Source: an uncultured Muribaculaceae bacterium
GTDB lineage: Bacteria; Bacteroidota; Bacteroidia; Bacteroidales; Muribaculaceae
Direction of reading: 5' to 3'
NCBI GenBank assembly: GCA_910579105.1
Contig: CAJTRT010000008.1
Location: 1,650 to 65,649 of the forward strand
DNA: 64,000 bases
Shown here: positions 56,711-64,000 of the stretch, one piece after another
How the letters are laid out: the number at the start of each line of letters is the position of its first letter
Numbering within the stretch: the first letter of the stretch is position 1
The notes under the pieces: model-generated
Database searches by the model: none
What the model was told of the DNA's origin: nothing
The model's input: the letters and a program-made list of their open reading frames with translations, nothing else
Translations under genes and position numbers: made by a program

Positions 56711-57985
56711 TCAAGCCTCCGGCTCACCGTTTCTGCCAATGCCGTACTTCTTTCGCTGTTCAAGCAGGGCACGTTCCGATATTCCGAGCAGTTTTGCCGC
56801 CGCTGCCCATGAGCCGCCGCGACGGTATGCCTCGATGATTTTCTGCCTGTCCTCCTGCGGCTTGCGCAGTCTTAAACTGTCGGCAGGCTCCGGCTCTGAC
56901 TGGCTGAAATTGAGATCAGAGGCGGTTATTACATCGGTTTTGGAGTGGAAGGCGGCGAAAAGAACTACATCTTTCAGCTCGCGCACGTTGCCGGGGAACG
57001 GATATATCCTCAACGCCTTTGTCGCCGACGCGTCAAGGCGTTTCGCCGGATTGCCCGTCTTGTCGGCATATCGGGTGAGGAAATATGCCGCCAATGGCGC
57101 GATGTCCTCCGTCACCTCCCTCAACGGTGGTACGACAATATCCACCTGACGGAGAATGTAGAACAGATTGGGTCGGAATGTCTTTGCACCAAGCATTTCC
57201 AGAAGTTCGGGTTCAGCGGTACAAAGCACACGAACATCGGGATGCTCGTTTTCGAGAATGTGCAACAGCACCGATTGTTTCTCGAAGTTGAGCAAATGCA
57301 CATTTTTGAGAATGATTGTCCCACCGTCGGCTTTCTTGAAGTAGCTCTCTATGCGGTTATACATCTCGCTTCGCATTGTCGCCGGGTCATGTTCACCTAC
57401 AAGTGCCGCTCCTCCCGCTTCAATCACCGTGCATGGCTTTTGGGCGCGTGAGCTGTGTCGGTAGATCTGTTCGGCAATCTGTTCCTTGCCGGTGCCGCAC
57501 TCACCGAAGATTATCGCGTTGGCATTGGTGGCGGCGATGGTGCGTATAGCCTTCTCAATCTTTCTGAACGCCTCGCTTTGACGGGGTATAAGTTCGTTGG
57601 GCAGAGCGATTACAGTGTTCTCCGGCTTGGCATACTTGCCAACGGCTTCCACCAACTGCTTGTCAATGGCACGGCGCTGCACCACGGCGACAGCCCCGTG
57701 ATCCTGCAAGACCTCGATTGTGTCAAGACTGTTGAGATTTTCCACTACGGCAATCACGGGAAATTTGTAACCCTCGCGCTTTTGCCAGTCGATTAACTCC
57801 TGCGCCGTGCCACGGGTGAATTTCATAGCCGTGACAACGACCGCTCCCGGTGGCAGTTTCGCCACCTCCTCTTTTGCTGCGTCAAAGTCCTCCGCCGTTA
57901 TCGGGTAATAGCCGGCCTTCATCAGCAAGCCGGCCATAATCCGAGGGTCGGAAGATGACGCATCCACAATTAGAACTCTTTTCAT
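56711..57985 (-). CDS. Degenerate NtrC/RteB-like regulator (pseudo-receiver + AAA+ + Fis HTH)
   Basis: Receiver fold at the N-terminus, Walker A GECGTGKE, FR..LFY.L, PPLRE..EDI, FPGNVREL, AAKLLGIS HTH; start MKRVL. Confidence 0.85.
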   Translation of the reverse strand: MKRVLIVDASSSDPRIMAGLLMKAGYYPITAEDFDAAKEEVAKLPPGAVVVTAMKFTRGTAQELIDWQKREGYKFPVIAVVENLNSLDTIEVLQDHGAVAVVQRRAIDKQLVEAVGKYAKPENTVIALPNELIPRQSEAFRKIEKAIRTIAATNANAIIFGECGTGKEQIAEQIYRHSSRAQKPCTVIEAGGAALVGEHDPATMRSEMYNRIESYFKKADGGTIILKNVHLLNFEKQSVLLHILENEHPDVRVLCTAEPELLEMLGAKTFRPNLFYILRQVDIVVPPLREVTEDIAPLAAYFLTRYADKTGNPAKRLDASATKALRIYPFPGNVRELKDVVLFAAFHSKTDVITASDLNFSQSEPEPADSLRLRKPQEDRQKIIEAYRRGGSWAAAAKLLGISERALLEQRKKYGIGRNGEPEA

Positions 57986-58097
57986 TGTGTCTGTTTTTAA
58001 GTTTAACATATTTATTTTGAGATGTAGTTAGCCCATGAAAGGCGGTGATGCCGCCCTTCACAACTCATATTTATCTTGATTTATAACTAATTACCGA

Positions 58098-59288
58098 TTA
58101 TTCCCTTTTCGGCTCTATATTTGGGAGAAACGCCGTGACAATTCCTAAAAGGGGTAATAATGTGCTTATTTGAAATATAAACTCTATGCTTGTCTTGTCG
58201 GCAAGCCATCCGAAAAAAGCAGAACCTATACCTCCCAATCCGAAATTCAAACCGAAAAACAAACCTGCCATCATACCTACCTTATTCGGTTTCAATTCAG
58301 TGGCATATACCAATATCGCCGAAAATGCCGACGAGATTACCAATCCGATTATCACGGCAAGTATTATAGTCAGAGTGAAATTCACATACGGCAGAGCCAA
58401 CGCGAATGGTGCCGCTCCGAGAATAGACCCCCAGATCACATATTTCCGCCCGTATCTGTCACCGATACTTCCCCCGATGACCGTGCCGATTGCGACTGCG
58501 CCCATAAAAGCAAAAAGGCATAATTGGGATACCTGAATATCAACGCCAAACTTATTGATAAGGAAAAAAGTGAAATAGCTGGTCATACTCGCCATATAGA
58601 AATATTTTGAGAATGTAAGCACGCACAATATGAATATCGCCCAATGTATCCTTCGGTTTGACAATGCCAATACTGCCGGATTTGGTGTGATAACCTTAGA
58701 CTTTATCCTGTGAAGCTGTTTTTTATACCATTTGCCGACTGGGATCAGTGTCATTCCGGCGATAAGGGCTGCGATTGAAAACCATATTATTGAATGTTGA
58801 CCGTATGGAATTATAATGACAGCTGCCAATAACGGCCCTATTGCACTTCCTCCGTTTCCGCCTACCTGAAATATTGATTGTGCAAGTCCTTTTTTCAAGC
58901 CTCCGGCCATCTGCGCTATGCGGGAGGCTTCCGGGTGAAATATGGATGAACCGCAACCTATCACTCCAACAGCCAAAAGGATAAAAGCGTAATTGTTGGC
59001 AAAAGAAAGAAGGATTATACCCAATAACGTGAATACCATACCTATGGATAATGAAAATGGCTGCGGATGTTTGTCGGCGTATCTTCCTACAAACGGTTGG
59101 AGTATGGAAGATGTCATTTGGAACACCAATGTTATTATACCGATCTGACCGAATGTAAATCCGTATTTGTCTTTGATAATCGGATATATCGACGGTATGA
59201 TCGACTGCATCATATCGTTCAGCAAATGCGCAAAACTAATGACAATCAGTATTTTGAAAATAGTCATTTCTTTTGTTGCGGCTTCCAT
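58098..59288 (-). CDS. fsr: MFS efflux transporter, Fsr (fosmidomycin resistance)-like
   Basis: HLLND..QS, SS.LQP, SSIFHPE.SR.A, G.AQS.FQVGGN.G, GG..GDR.GRKYVIW.SILG.APF. Confidence 0.88.
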   Translation of the reverse strand: MEAATKEMTIFKILIVISFAHLLNDMMQSIIPSIYPIIKDKYGFTFGQIGIITLVFQMTSSILQPFVGRYADKHPQPFSLSIGMVFTLLGIILLSFANNYAFILLAVGVIGCGSSIFHPEASRIAQMAGGLKKGLAQSIFQVGGNGGSAIGPLLAAVIIIPYGQHSIIWFSIAALIAGMTLIPVGKWYKKQLHRIKSKVITPNPAVLALSNRRIHWAIFILCVLTFSKYFYMASMTSYFTFFLINKFGVDIQVSQLCLFAFMGAVAIGTVIGGSIGDRYGRKYVIWGSILGAAPFALALPYVNFTLTIILAVIIGLVISSAFSAILVYATELKPNKVGMMAGLFFGLNFGLGGIGSAFFGWLADKTSIEFIFQISTLLPLLGIVTAFLPNIEPKRE

Positions 59289-59294
59289 AAGCAA

Positions 59295-59816
59295 TTATCT
59301 CAGATGCTTTTCCATCAATACGAGGTCAACCGTTCCACACCCGTAGAATTCGCATTTGACGATACCAATTTCCTGAAATCCGAATTTCGGGTAAAACCTG
59401 CGGGCGTTCATGTTCCTTGTCTGGGTATCTATCCTTAATTCAGTACAACCATGCCGGCGTGCATAATCCTCATAAAATCCAAGAAATTCTGCACCCACCC
59501 CGGTATTGGCGGCATAGGGATCAACGGCTAATGTATGGAGCACCATAACGCTATCCGGGGATGCCTGAAAATTCCAATTCCCGTCGGCATATTCGGGCAA
59601 CTGCAATTTATTGATGATTGCTGTTCCCACAATATTGCCGTTATGTTCACATACAAACAGGTCGCCGACCTTGAGATGTTCTTCTGCCAGCTTTTTTGTG
59701 GGATAAACTCCCCTTATCCAACCGAGGCTGTATTTTCCCGACTCGGCCATGTCATGTATGTGTTCGTAGATGCTTGAAATCGCGTCTATGTCGTTGATTG
59801 TCGCTTTGCGTATCAT
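59295..59816 (-). CDS. GNAT acetyltransferase
   Basis: IRKAT..D, W..GVYP, LHTLAVDP....G.G, LRIDT...N..AR.FY.K.GF. Confidence 0.88.
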   Translation of the reverse strand: MIRKATINDIDAISSIYEHIHDMAESGKYSLGWIRGVYPTKKLAEEHLKVGDLFVCEHNGNIVGTAIINKLQLPEYADGNWNFQASPDSVMVLHTLAVDPYAANTGVGAEFLGFYEDYARRHGCTELRIDTQTRNMNARRFYPKFGFQEIGIVKCEFYGCGTVDLVLMEKHLR

Positions 59817-59824
59817 GGTTATGT

Positions 59825-60703
59825 CTATATTTTGATTTTCGATGCTTCCCAGCCGATGATTGCGCTTTTACGTATTTCTCCCCAATGATAATTACCGATT
59901 TCTCCCGATGCACGGATTACACGGTGGCATGGGATAAGGTATGCGACAGGGTTGTCGCCTATCGCGGTTCCGACAGCTCGGCAAGCACGGGGATTATCTA
60001 TCTTTGCGGCTATTTCTCCGTAGGTAGTCATTCCACCCATCGGGATTTTCAAAAGGGCTTCCCAGACCTTCAATTGAAAATCAGTACCTTTCAGATGTAG
60101 TTTTATTTCTGTCAGCTTACTCCAATCCTGTGTGAATATGAATAACGCATTTTGTTGGATGGTGTCACACATCTGGCAATATCTCGCTCTTGGAAATTTT
60201 CGTTGCAGAGAGTTGAAAGCCTCCATGTGGTCATCCGCTAATCGACCTCCGGTCGCTTGGCCATTGCCAAGAAATTCCATGCTGCAAATGCCTTTCGGAG
60301 TGGAGGCGATAAGGATGTCACCGAATGGAGTGGAGGCAAAACTGTAATTTATAAACAGGTTCTCGCCTCCGTTCTTATACTCGCCCGGCGTCATACCCTC
60401 GACCGTCACGAAAAGGTCATACAGTCGCCCCGTACCGGATAATCCGACTTCGTGTGCGGTGTCAAACAATGATGCGTGTGTTTCTTTCAATATCCTTTTG
60501 GCATATTCCACATTAAGATATTGAAGAAAATGTTTGGGTGTGACACCGGCCCATTCCTTGAAAACACGCTGGAAATGATACGGTGACATATTGACCGCCT
60601 CGGCAACCGCCTCCAATCCCGGCTGCTTATGTCGGTTTTCACGGATAAAACCGATTGCCTCCGCTATGCGGAAGTAATTTAATTCCTGCTGGCTCTCTTT
60701 CAT
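59825..60703 (-). CDS. ada: AraC-HTH + methylated-DNA-protein-cysteine methyltransferase (Ada-like, no Zn domain)
   Basis: MSPYHFQRVFKEWAGVTPK HTH, GT.FQ..VW..L..IP.G...TY, RAVG.A, IPCHRV. Confidence 0.88.
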   Translation of the reverse strand: MKESQQELNYFRIAEAIGFIRENRHKQPGLEAVAEAVNMSPYHFQRVFKEWAGVTPKHFLQYLNVEYAKRILKETHASLFDTAHEVGLSGTGRLYDLFVTVEGMTPGEYKNGGENLFINYSFASTPFGDILIASTPKGICSMEFLGNGQATGGRLADDHMEAFNSLQRKFPRARYCQMCDTIQQNALFIFTQDWSKLTEIKLHLKGTDFQLKVWEALLKIPMGGMTTYGEIAAKIDNPRACRAVGTAIGDNPVAYLIPCHRVIRASGEIGNYHWGEIRKSAIIGWEASKIKI

Positions 60704-61407
60704 AATACATGTTCGAGTTTGAGCAGATATTCCTTTGCAGGAAGTCCACCGCCGTAGCCGGTCAATGATTTGTCGCTGCCTATGACCCTATGACAGGGAG
60801 CAAATATTGACATCGAGTTGGCTCCGTTGGCATTGGCGACAGCACGGACAGCTTTCGGCATACCGATTTTGGCAGCCATTTGTCCGTAAGATATTGTCTG
60901 GCCGAAAGGAACTTTGAGCAATTCGTTCCATACCTTTTTCTGAAAGTCTGTGCCCACAAAAAGGAGCGGCACATCAAATTCGCGCCGCTTCCCGGCAAAA
61001 TATTCATCCAATTGCCTGATTGCCTTTTCTATCACCAGCGACACTCCTTCCTCAAATTCGGCATGGAGTATCCGTTTCAGCCTGTTGTCAACATGATTGC
61101 GATGACGCTCCACCTGCCAGTCGCACAGACATAGACTATCACCGTAAGAGCCGAGCATCAGCACTCCACACGGCGAACTGTACCGGTATATCGTTATCTT
61201 GTTTTTCTCTTTCATACAGATTTTACATTTTCTATATCCTTTGTTCAACGCTTCGTCAAGGGTCGAGAACAATTCTACATTTTTAAGCAGCGGTATTCTT
61301 GCGGCACATGAGGGCTTACAAACAATACCCGTTGACTTGACTCCATAGTAAAAGATGCCGTCAAAACTTCCGTCACGTTCAAGTATGGCTTTTATCCTCT
61401 TATCCAT
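60700..61407 (-). CDS. ogt: Ada Zn-binding domain fused directly to an Ogt-type methyltransferase
   Basis: RD..FDG.F..GVKSTGIVCKPSC.AR...GYRKCKIC, then YSSPCG...GT.FQ..VW...APCHRV; start MDKRI. Confidence 0.88.
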   Translation of the reverse strand: MDKRIKAILERDGSFDGIFYYGVKSTGIVCKPSCAARIPLLKNVELFSTLDEALNKGYRKCKICMKEKNKITIYRYSSPCGVLMLGSYGDSLCLCDWQVERHRNHVDNRLKRILHAEFEEGVSLVIEKAIRQLDEYFAGKRREFDVPLLFVGTDFQKKVWNELLKVPFGQTISYGQMAAKIGMPKAVRAVANANGANSMSIFAPCHRVIGSDKSLTGYGGGLPAKEYLLKLEHVL

Positions 61408-62053
61408 TTTTCCTTGCTTTTGGAGCATAGTCCTTCATGCCTTCAACAGCGCCTCCGGCTACAGCCCATATATACAGGCTCGCCACACTGCAATAAGGGG
61501 AGAATCTTCTACGGTATTTTTCAAACAGTTTCCTGTCTATTCTGCGGTGGTGATATATCATCCTTAGCCCGCGCAGTATGGCAAGATCCCCGAAACTCAA
61601 TATATCGGGGCGTTGCATAGAGAATAGCATCAGCATCTCTGCGCTCCACGTGCCAAGACCTTTGAGTGATGACAGGCGGTTACACACCTCATTGTCGGTC
61701 ATATCGTACAGGGCGTTTATGTCAAACTCTCCCGACACTATTTTTTCAGCAGCGGAGCGGATGTAATCGACCTTACGGAATGAAAGTCCCACTGATTGAA
61801 GTTCCTCCGGAGTGGCTGACAGGATATTGCTCGGAGTGACATCACCGAATTTTCCAACAGTTTTCTGCCATATACTTTCATGGGCTTTTGTGGAAATCTG
61901 CTGGCCGATTATGGAGTGTACGAGGGCGGCGAAAAGGTCTGGTATAACCCGCCTTTTCACCATGCCTACCTTTTCAATTATCTCGGCAAGACGTTTGTCT
62001 TTACTTTTGAGATAACTTAGTTCGGTATCTCCATATTGAAAATACTGCTCCAT
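61400..62053 (-). CDS. alkA: DNA-3-methyladenine glycosylase II (AlkA/HhH-GPD)
   Basis: F.AL..SIIGQQIS, GLS.RK..YI, L..LKGLGTWSAEM...F...RPD....GDL. Confidence 0.9.
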   Translation of the reverse strand: MEQYFQYGDTELSYLKSKDKRLAEIIEKVGMVKRRVIPDLFAALVHSIIGQQISTKAHESIWQKTVGKFGDVTPSNILSATPEELQSVGLSFRKVDYIRSAAEKIVSGEFDINALYDMTDNEVCNRLSSLKGLGTWSAEMLMLFSMQRPDILSFGDLAILRGLRMIYHHRRIDRKLFEKYRRRFSPYCSVASLYIWAVAGGAVEGMKDYAPKARKNG

Positions 62054-62949
62054 CAGTCGATTATATAAGCATTGCTGTCAGCGGGAGCTTCATCCCTGTT
62101 ATCTTTTGTGTATTCACGCGTGATTTCTCCGACGGATATTCGGTAATTGTCAAAAAGAGCGTCGTGACCCATTTTTTGGCTTTGACGGTGGTTTGCCTGA
62201 TTGCGCCAGCCTGCTGCCGCTTCGTCACTCTCCCAGAACGAAAGGGAAAGAAACTTTCCTGGATTGTTGATACTCTCGAAACGCTCCACGCTGATGAACC
62301 CCGGCATTTGGGAGAGTTCATTCTTCAAGGCTGCACCCATCTTGAAATAGTCCGCTTTGCCTTCGGATGTCGGCGTTACTTCAAAAATCACAGCCACTTT
62401 CTTTTTCCCGTGTCCTGTCAGAGCGTTCAGTTCGTCAAGTGTCATGGTGTCGTTATATATGCCGGCACATACCGTATAGCGCATACCCGGTATCGGGCAG
62501 ATATATGATATTTTGCGGACACCCTCGTTTGTTCCGGGCTTGGGCCAGATAAATTCTATCCAGCCTCCGCCTTGCATCGCTACCTCGCACAGTTCCACAC
62601 CGTAGTGCTTCCCTGCCCAGTCAAGATGTTCACGGATATTGCCTCCGGTACGTTCCGGGAAACGTGGATTTGAAACGACGAGGCTGCTGTCCACATCTAT
62701 TATGAACAGATATGCGTCACGGTCGTTAAACTCCGACTTGGGGTCGGTAAGCATAGGAAGTGCATCACTCCCTTTCTGTTTCAGCAGTTCCACCGCCTTA
62801 TGCACATTGGCGATGACAGACTGCGGTGTTTCTTCCTGCAGAAGCGGCTTATAGCCGGTTACGATTTGGTTGCTCATATTTTGTGAAAATAAATTCAGTG
62901 TTCCGACTGCCACGGCAGTAAGAAACAGGGTTAATATTCTTTTCCTCAT
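62053..62949 (-). CDS. Signal peptide + single Cache domain + antibiotic biosynthesis monooxygenase (ABM) domain fusion
   Basis: Cache: F.D.D.YLF..D, G.N.....D..GK, GGW.E..WPKPG.....KISY, V.AGIY. ABM: AVIFEV, PGFISVERF.S....GK.LSLSFW, WR....H..SQ..G...F..Y.I.V. Confidence 0.8.
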   Translation of the reverse strand: MRKRILTLFLTAVAVGTLNLFSQNMSNQIVTGYKPLLQEETPQSVIANVHKAVELLKQKGSDALPMLTDPKSEFNDRDAYLFIIDVDSSLVVSNPRFPERTGGNIREHLDWAGKHYGVELCEVAMQGGGWIEFIWPKPGTNEGVRKISYICPIPGMRYTVCAGIYNDTMTLDELNALTGHGKKKVAVIFEVTPTSEGKADYFKMGAALKNELSQMPGFISVERFESINNPGKFLSLSFWESDEAAAGWRNQANHRQSQKMGHDALFDNYRISVGEITREYTKDNRDEAPADSNAYIID

Positions 62950-63055
62950 ATCTAAAATACGATTTTTATTTGACGCTGCAAAATTACAACGGCAAAAATT
63001 CCCATACGACCCGATTCTTGCTATTTTCACTGATGCAACCAAAAAAACTTCTTAT

Positions 63056-63682
63056 TCAGAACTTGTTTACGTGTATCCTCTCCTGAATGTCGATTTCCTT
63101 TTGTTTCGGGAGAAAGGCATTTTCTGCCGGATAGCCCATTGTGAACAGGCAGGTGAACTCATAGCCTTCGGGAGCGTTGACAATCTCCTTTATTTTTTCC
63201 ACCTCATCGGCCACGGGGATATGGAACACACAGCCAAGACCGTGATTGGTGGCTTCAAGGACCATGTTCTCCATCGACATCCAAGCCGAGGCGAAGTAAT
63301 TGAGCGAGCTTTGTTCCGCAGGTTGGAGCAGGGGGCTTTGACGCTGACGGAAGAACGGTAGGATAAGCAGACCGCTCTCCATAAGCATTTTCTGTTGTTT
63401 GGGAAGTGCATCGGCAAACATAGCCATCTTATCCTTATCACCCGACTCATCCACTTCGTGAACGAGTGTTTTGAATGCCGCCATGTTCTTGGCAAGCGGG
63501 GCGATCACCTTTGCTATATTCTCTCGACCACGCACCACCACAAACTCCAGTTGACGCAAATGGTCGTTGGTGGGGGCTTTGAAAGCGGCCTCAATCACTT
63601 TGTTGAGGATTTCATCGCTCACTTCCTTATCAGTATAGTCGCGATAGGTGCGACGCTTTTCCAATACTTTGTCAAATTCCAT
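63056..63682 (-). CDS. Nitroreductase family protein
   Basis: KRRT.R.Y....V, AA..AP...., FVVV, EN..L.A...GLG, MGYP; start MEFDK. Confidence 0.9.
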   Translation of the reverse strand: MEFDKVLEKRRTYRDYTDKEVSDEILNKVIEAAFKAPTNDHLRQLEFVVVRGRENIAKVIAPLAKNMAAFKTLVHEVDESGDKDKMAMFADALPKQQKMLMESGLLILPFFRQRQSPLLQPAEQSSLNYFASAWMSMENMVLEATNHGLGCVFHIPVADEVEKIKEIVNAPEGYEFTCLFTMGYPAENAFLPKQKEIDIQERIHVNKF

Positions 63683-63784
63683 ATTTTTATTCGTTTTGGT
63701 TTTTGTTTTCAAGTGCAAAATTACGGCTTATATTTGTACCCCATTTGTTGTATTGTTTTAAATACTTGTCGTAAATTTGCATCA

Positions 63785-64000
63785 ATGAAAAATACCGTAA
63801 TTCCATATACTCTGCCGGAGGTAAAGGATCATTCGTTCTTCTTTATTTCACAGCATTTTGCCCCGGATGTCGAGGCAAAAATGCACCGCCATGAGGCGTG
63901 GGAACTCTATTTTGTCACACAGGGGCGAGGTGTGCGAATGACTGGCGACACACTTATGCCTTTCTCCGAGGGGGATGTAGCCCTTATTCCGCCATCCATG
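63785..64000 (+). CDS. AraC-family regulator, N-terminal cupin domain (truncated by the window end)
   Basis: Translated by eye: MKNTVIP...MHRHEAWELYFVTQGRGVRMTGD...F.EGDVALIPP; divergent from the nitroreductase gene. Confidence 0.8.
   Translation, partial: MKNTVIPYTLPEVKDHSFFFISQHFAPDVEAKMHRHEAWELYFVTQGRGVRMTGDTLMPFSEGDVALIPPSM

Larger units (their letters stand above)
53686..64000. mobile_element. Left part of an integrated AT-rich genomic island (ICE/IME-like); runs off the window
   Basis: Sharp drop in GC and change in codon usage; tRNA-3'-end-like CTCCGGGGTCAC on the minus strand at the boundary; TA, RteB-like and resistance/repair cargo. No integrase in the window. Confidence 0.72.

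Noticed and set aside
58036..58060. Hairpin TGAAAGGCGG/CCGCCCTTCA as a terminator
   Set aside because: The stem is imperfect and has no clear U-tract.

Overview
Bacteroidales chromosome segment, probably Muribaculaceae. That call is inferred from the GC-rich coding style, gene content and short T9SS-type C-terminal tails. From 1 to ~53,600 the window is GC-rich backbone. In order it holds: feoA-feoB; three DUF4493/PCMD-type lipoproteins; two GH16s; an LRR protein; an acyltransferase; a GH3/alkaline phosphatase/pseudokinase/GNAT/rnhB operon; a complete fructan PUL (fructokinase, MFS, two GH32, HTCS, SusC/D, two DUF4960-type proteins); an MNT-HEPN toxin-antitoxin pair; gmd-fcl-manC; a BspA-like LRR protein; a polyferredoxin/Tat-AKR/DUF1893/ECF-S operon; and a TonB receptor with a lipoprotein. 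GTAG-type REP palindromes lie in several intergenic gaps. From ~53,690 to the end is an AT-richer island that begins at a tRNA-3'-end-like att site. It carries an orphan hicB, an HTH + nucleotidyltransferase + metallophosphoesterase operon with a perfect 28-bp operator, a structured ncRNA candidate, a degenerate RteB-like regulator and an alkylation-repair cluster. The best candidates for undescribed systems are: (1) the AbiE-like HTH/NTase operon with a coupled phosphoesterase and a convergent structured RNA; (2) DUF4493/PCMD lipoproteins with apparently swapped C-terminal cassettes; (3) a Tat-exported Fe-S aldo-keto reductase with a membrane polyferredoxin; (4) a secreted GH32 with a Glu nucleophile. 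No CRISPR array, rRNA or intact tRNA was seen. All family assignments come from motif recognition by eye, not from database searches.
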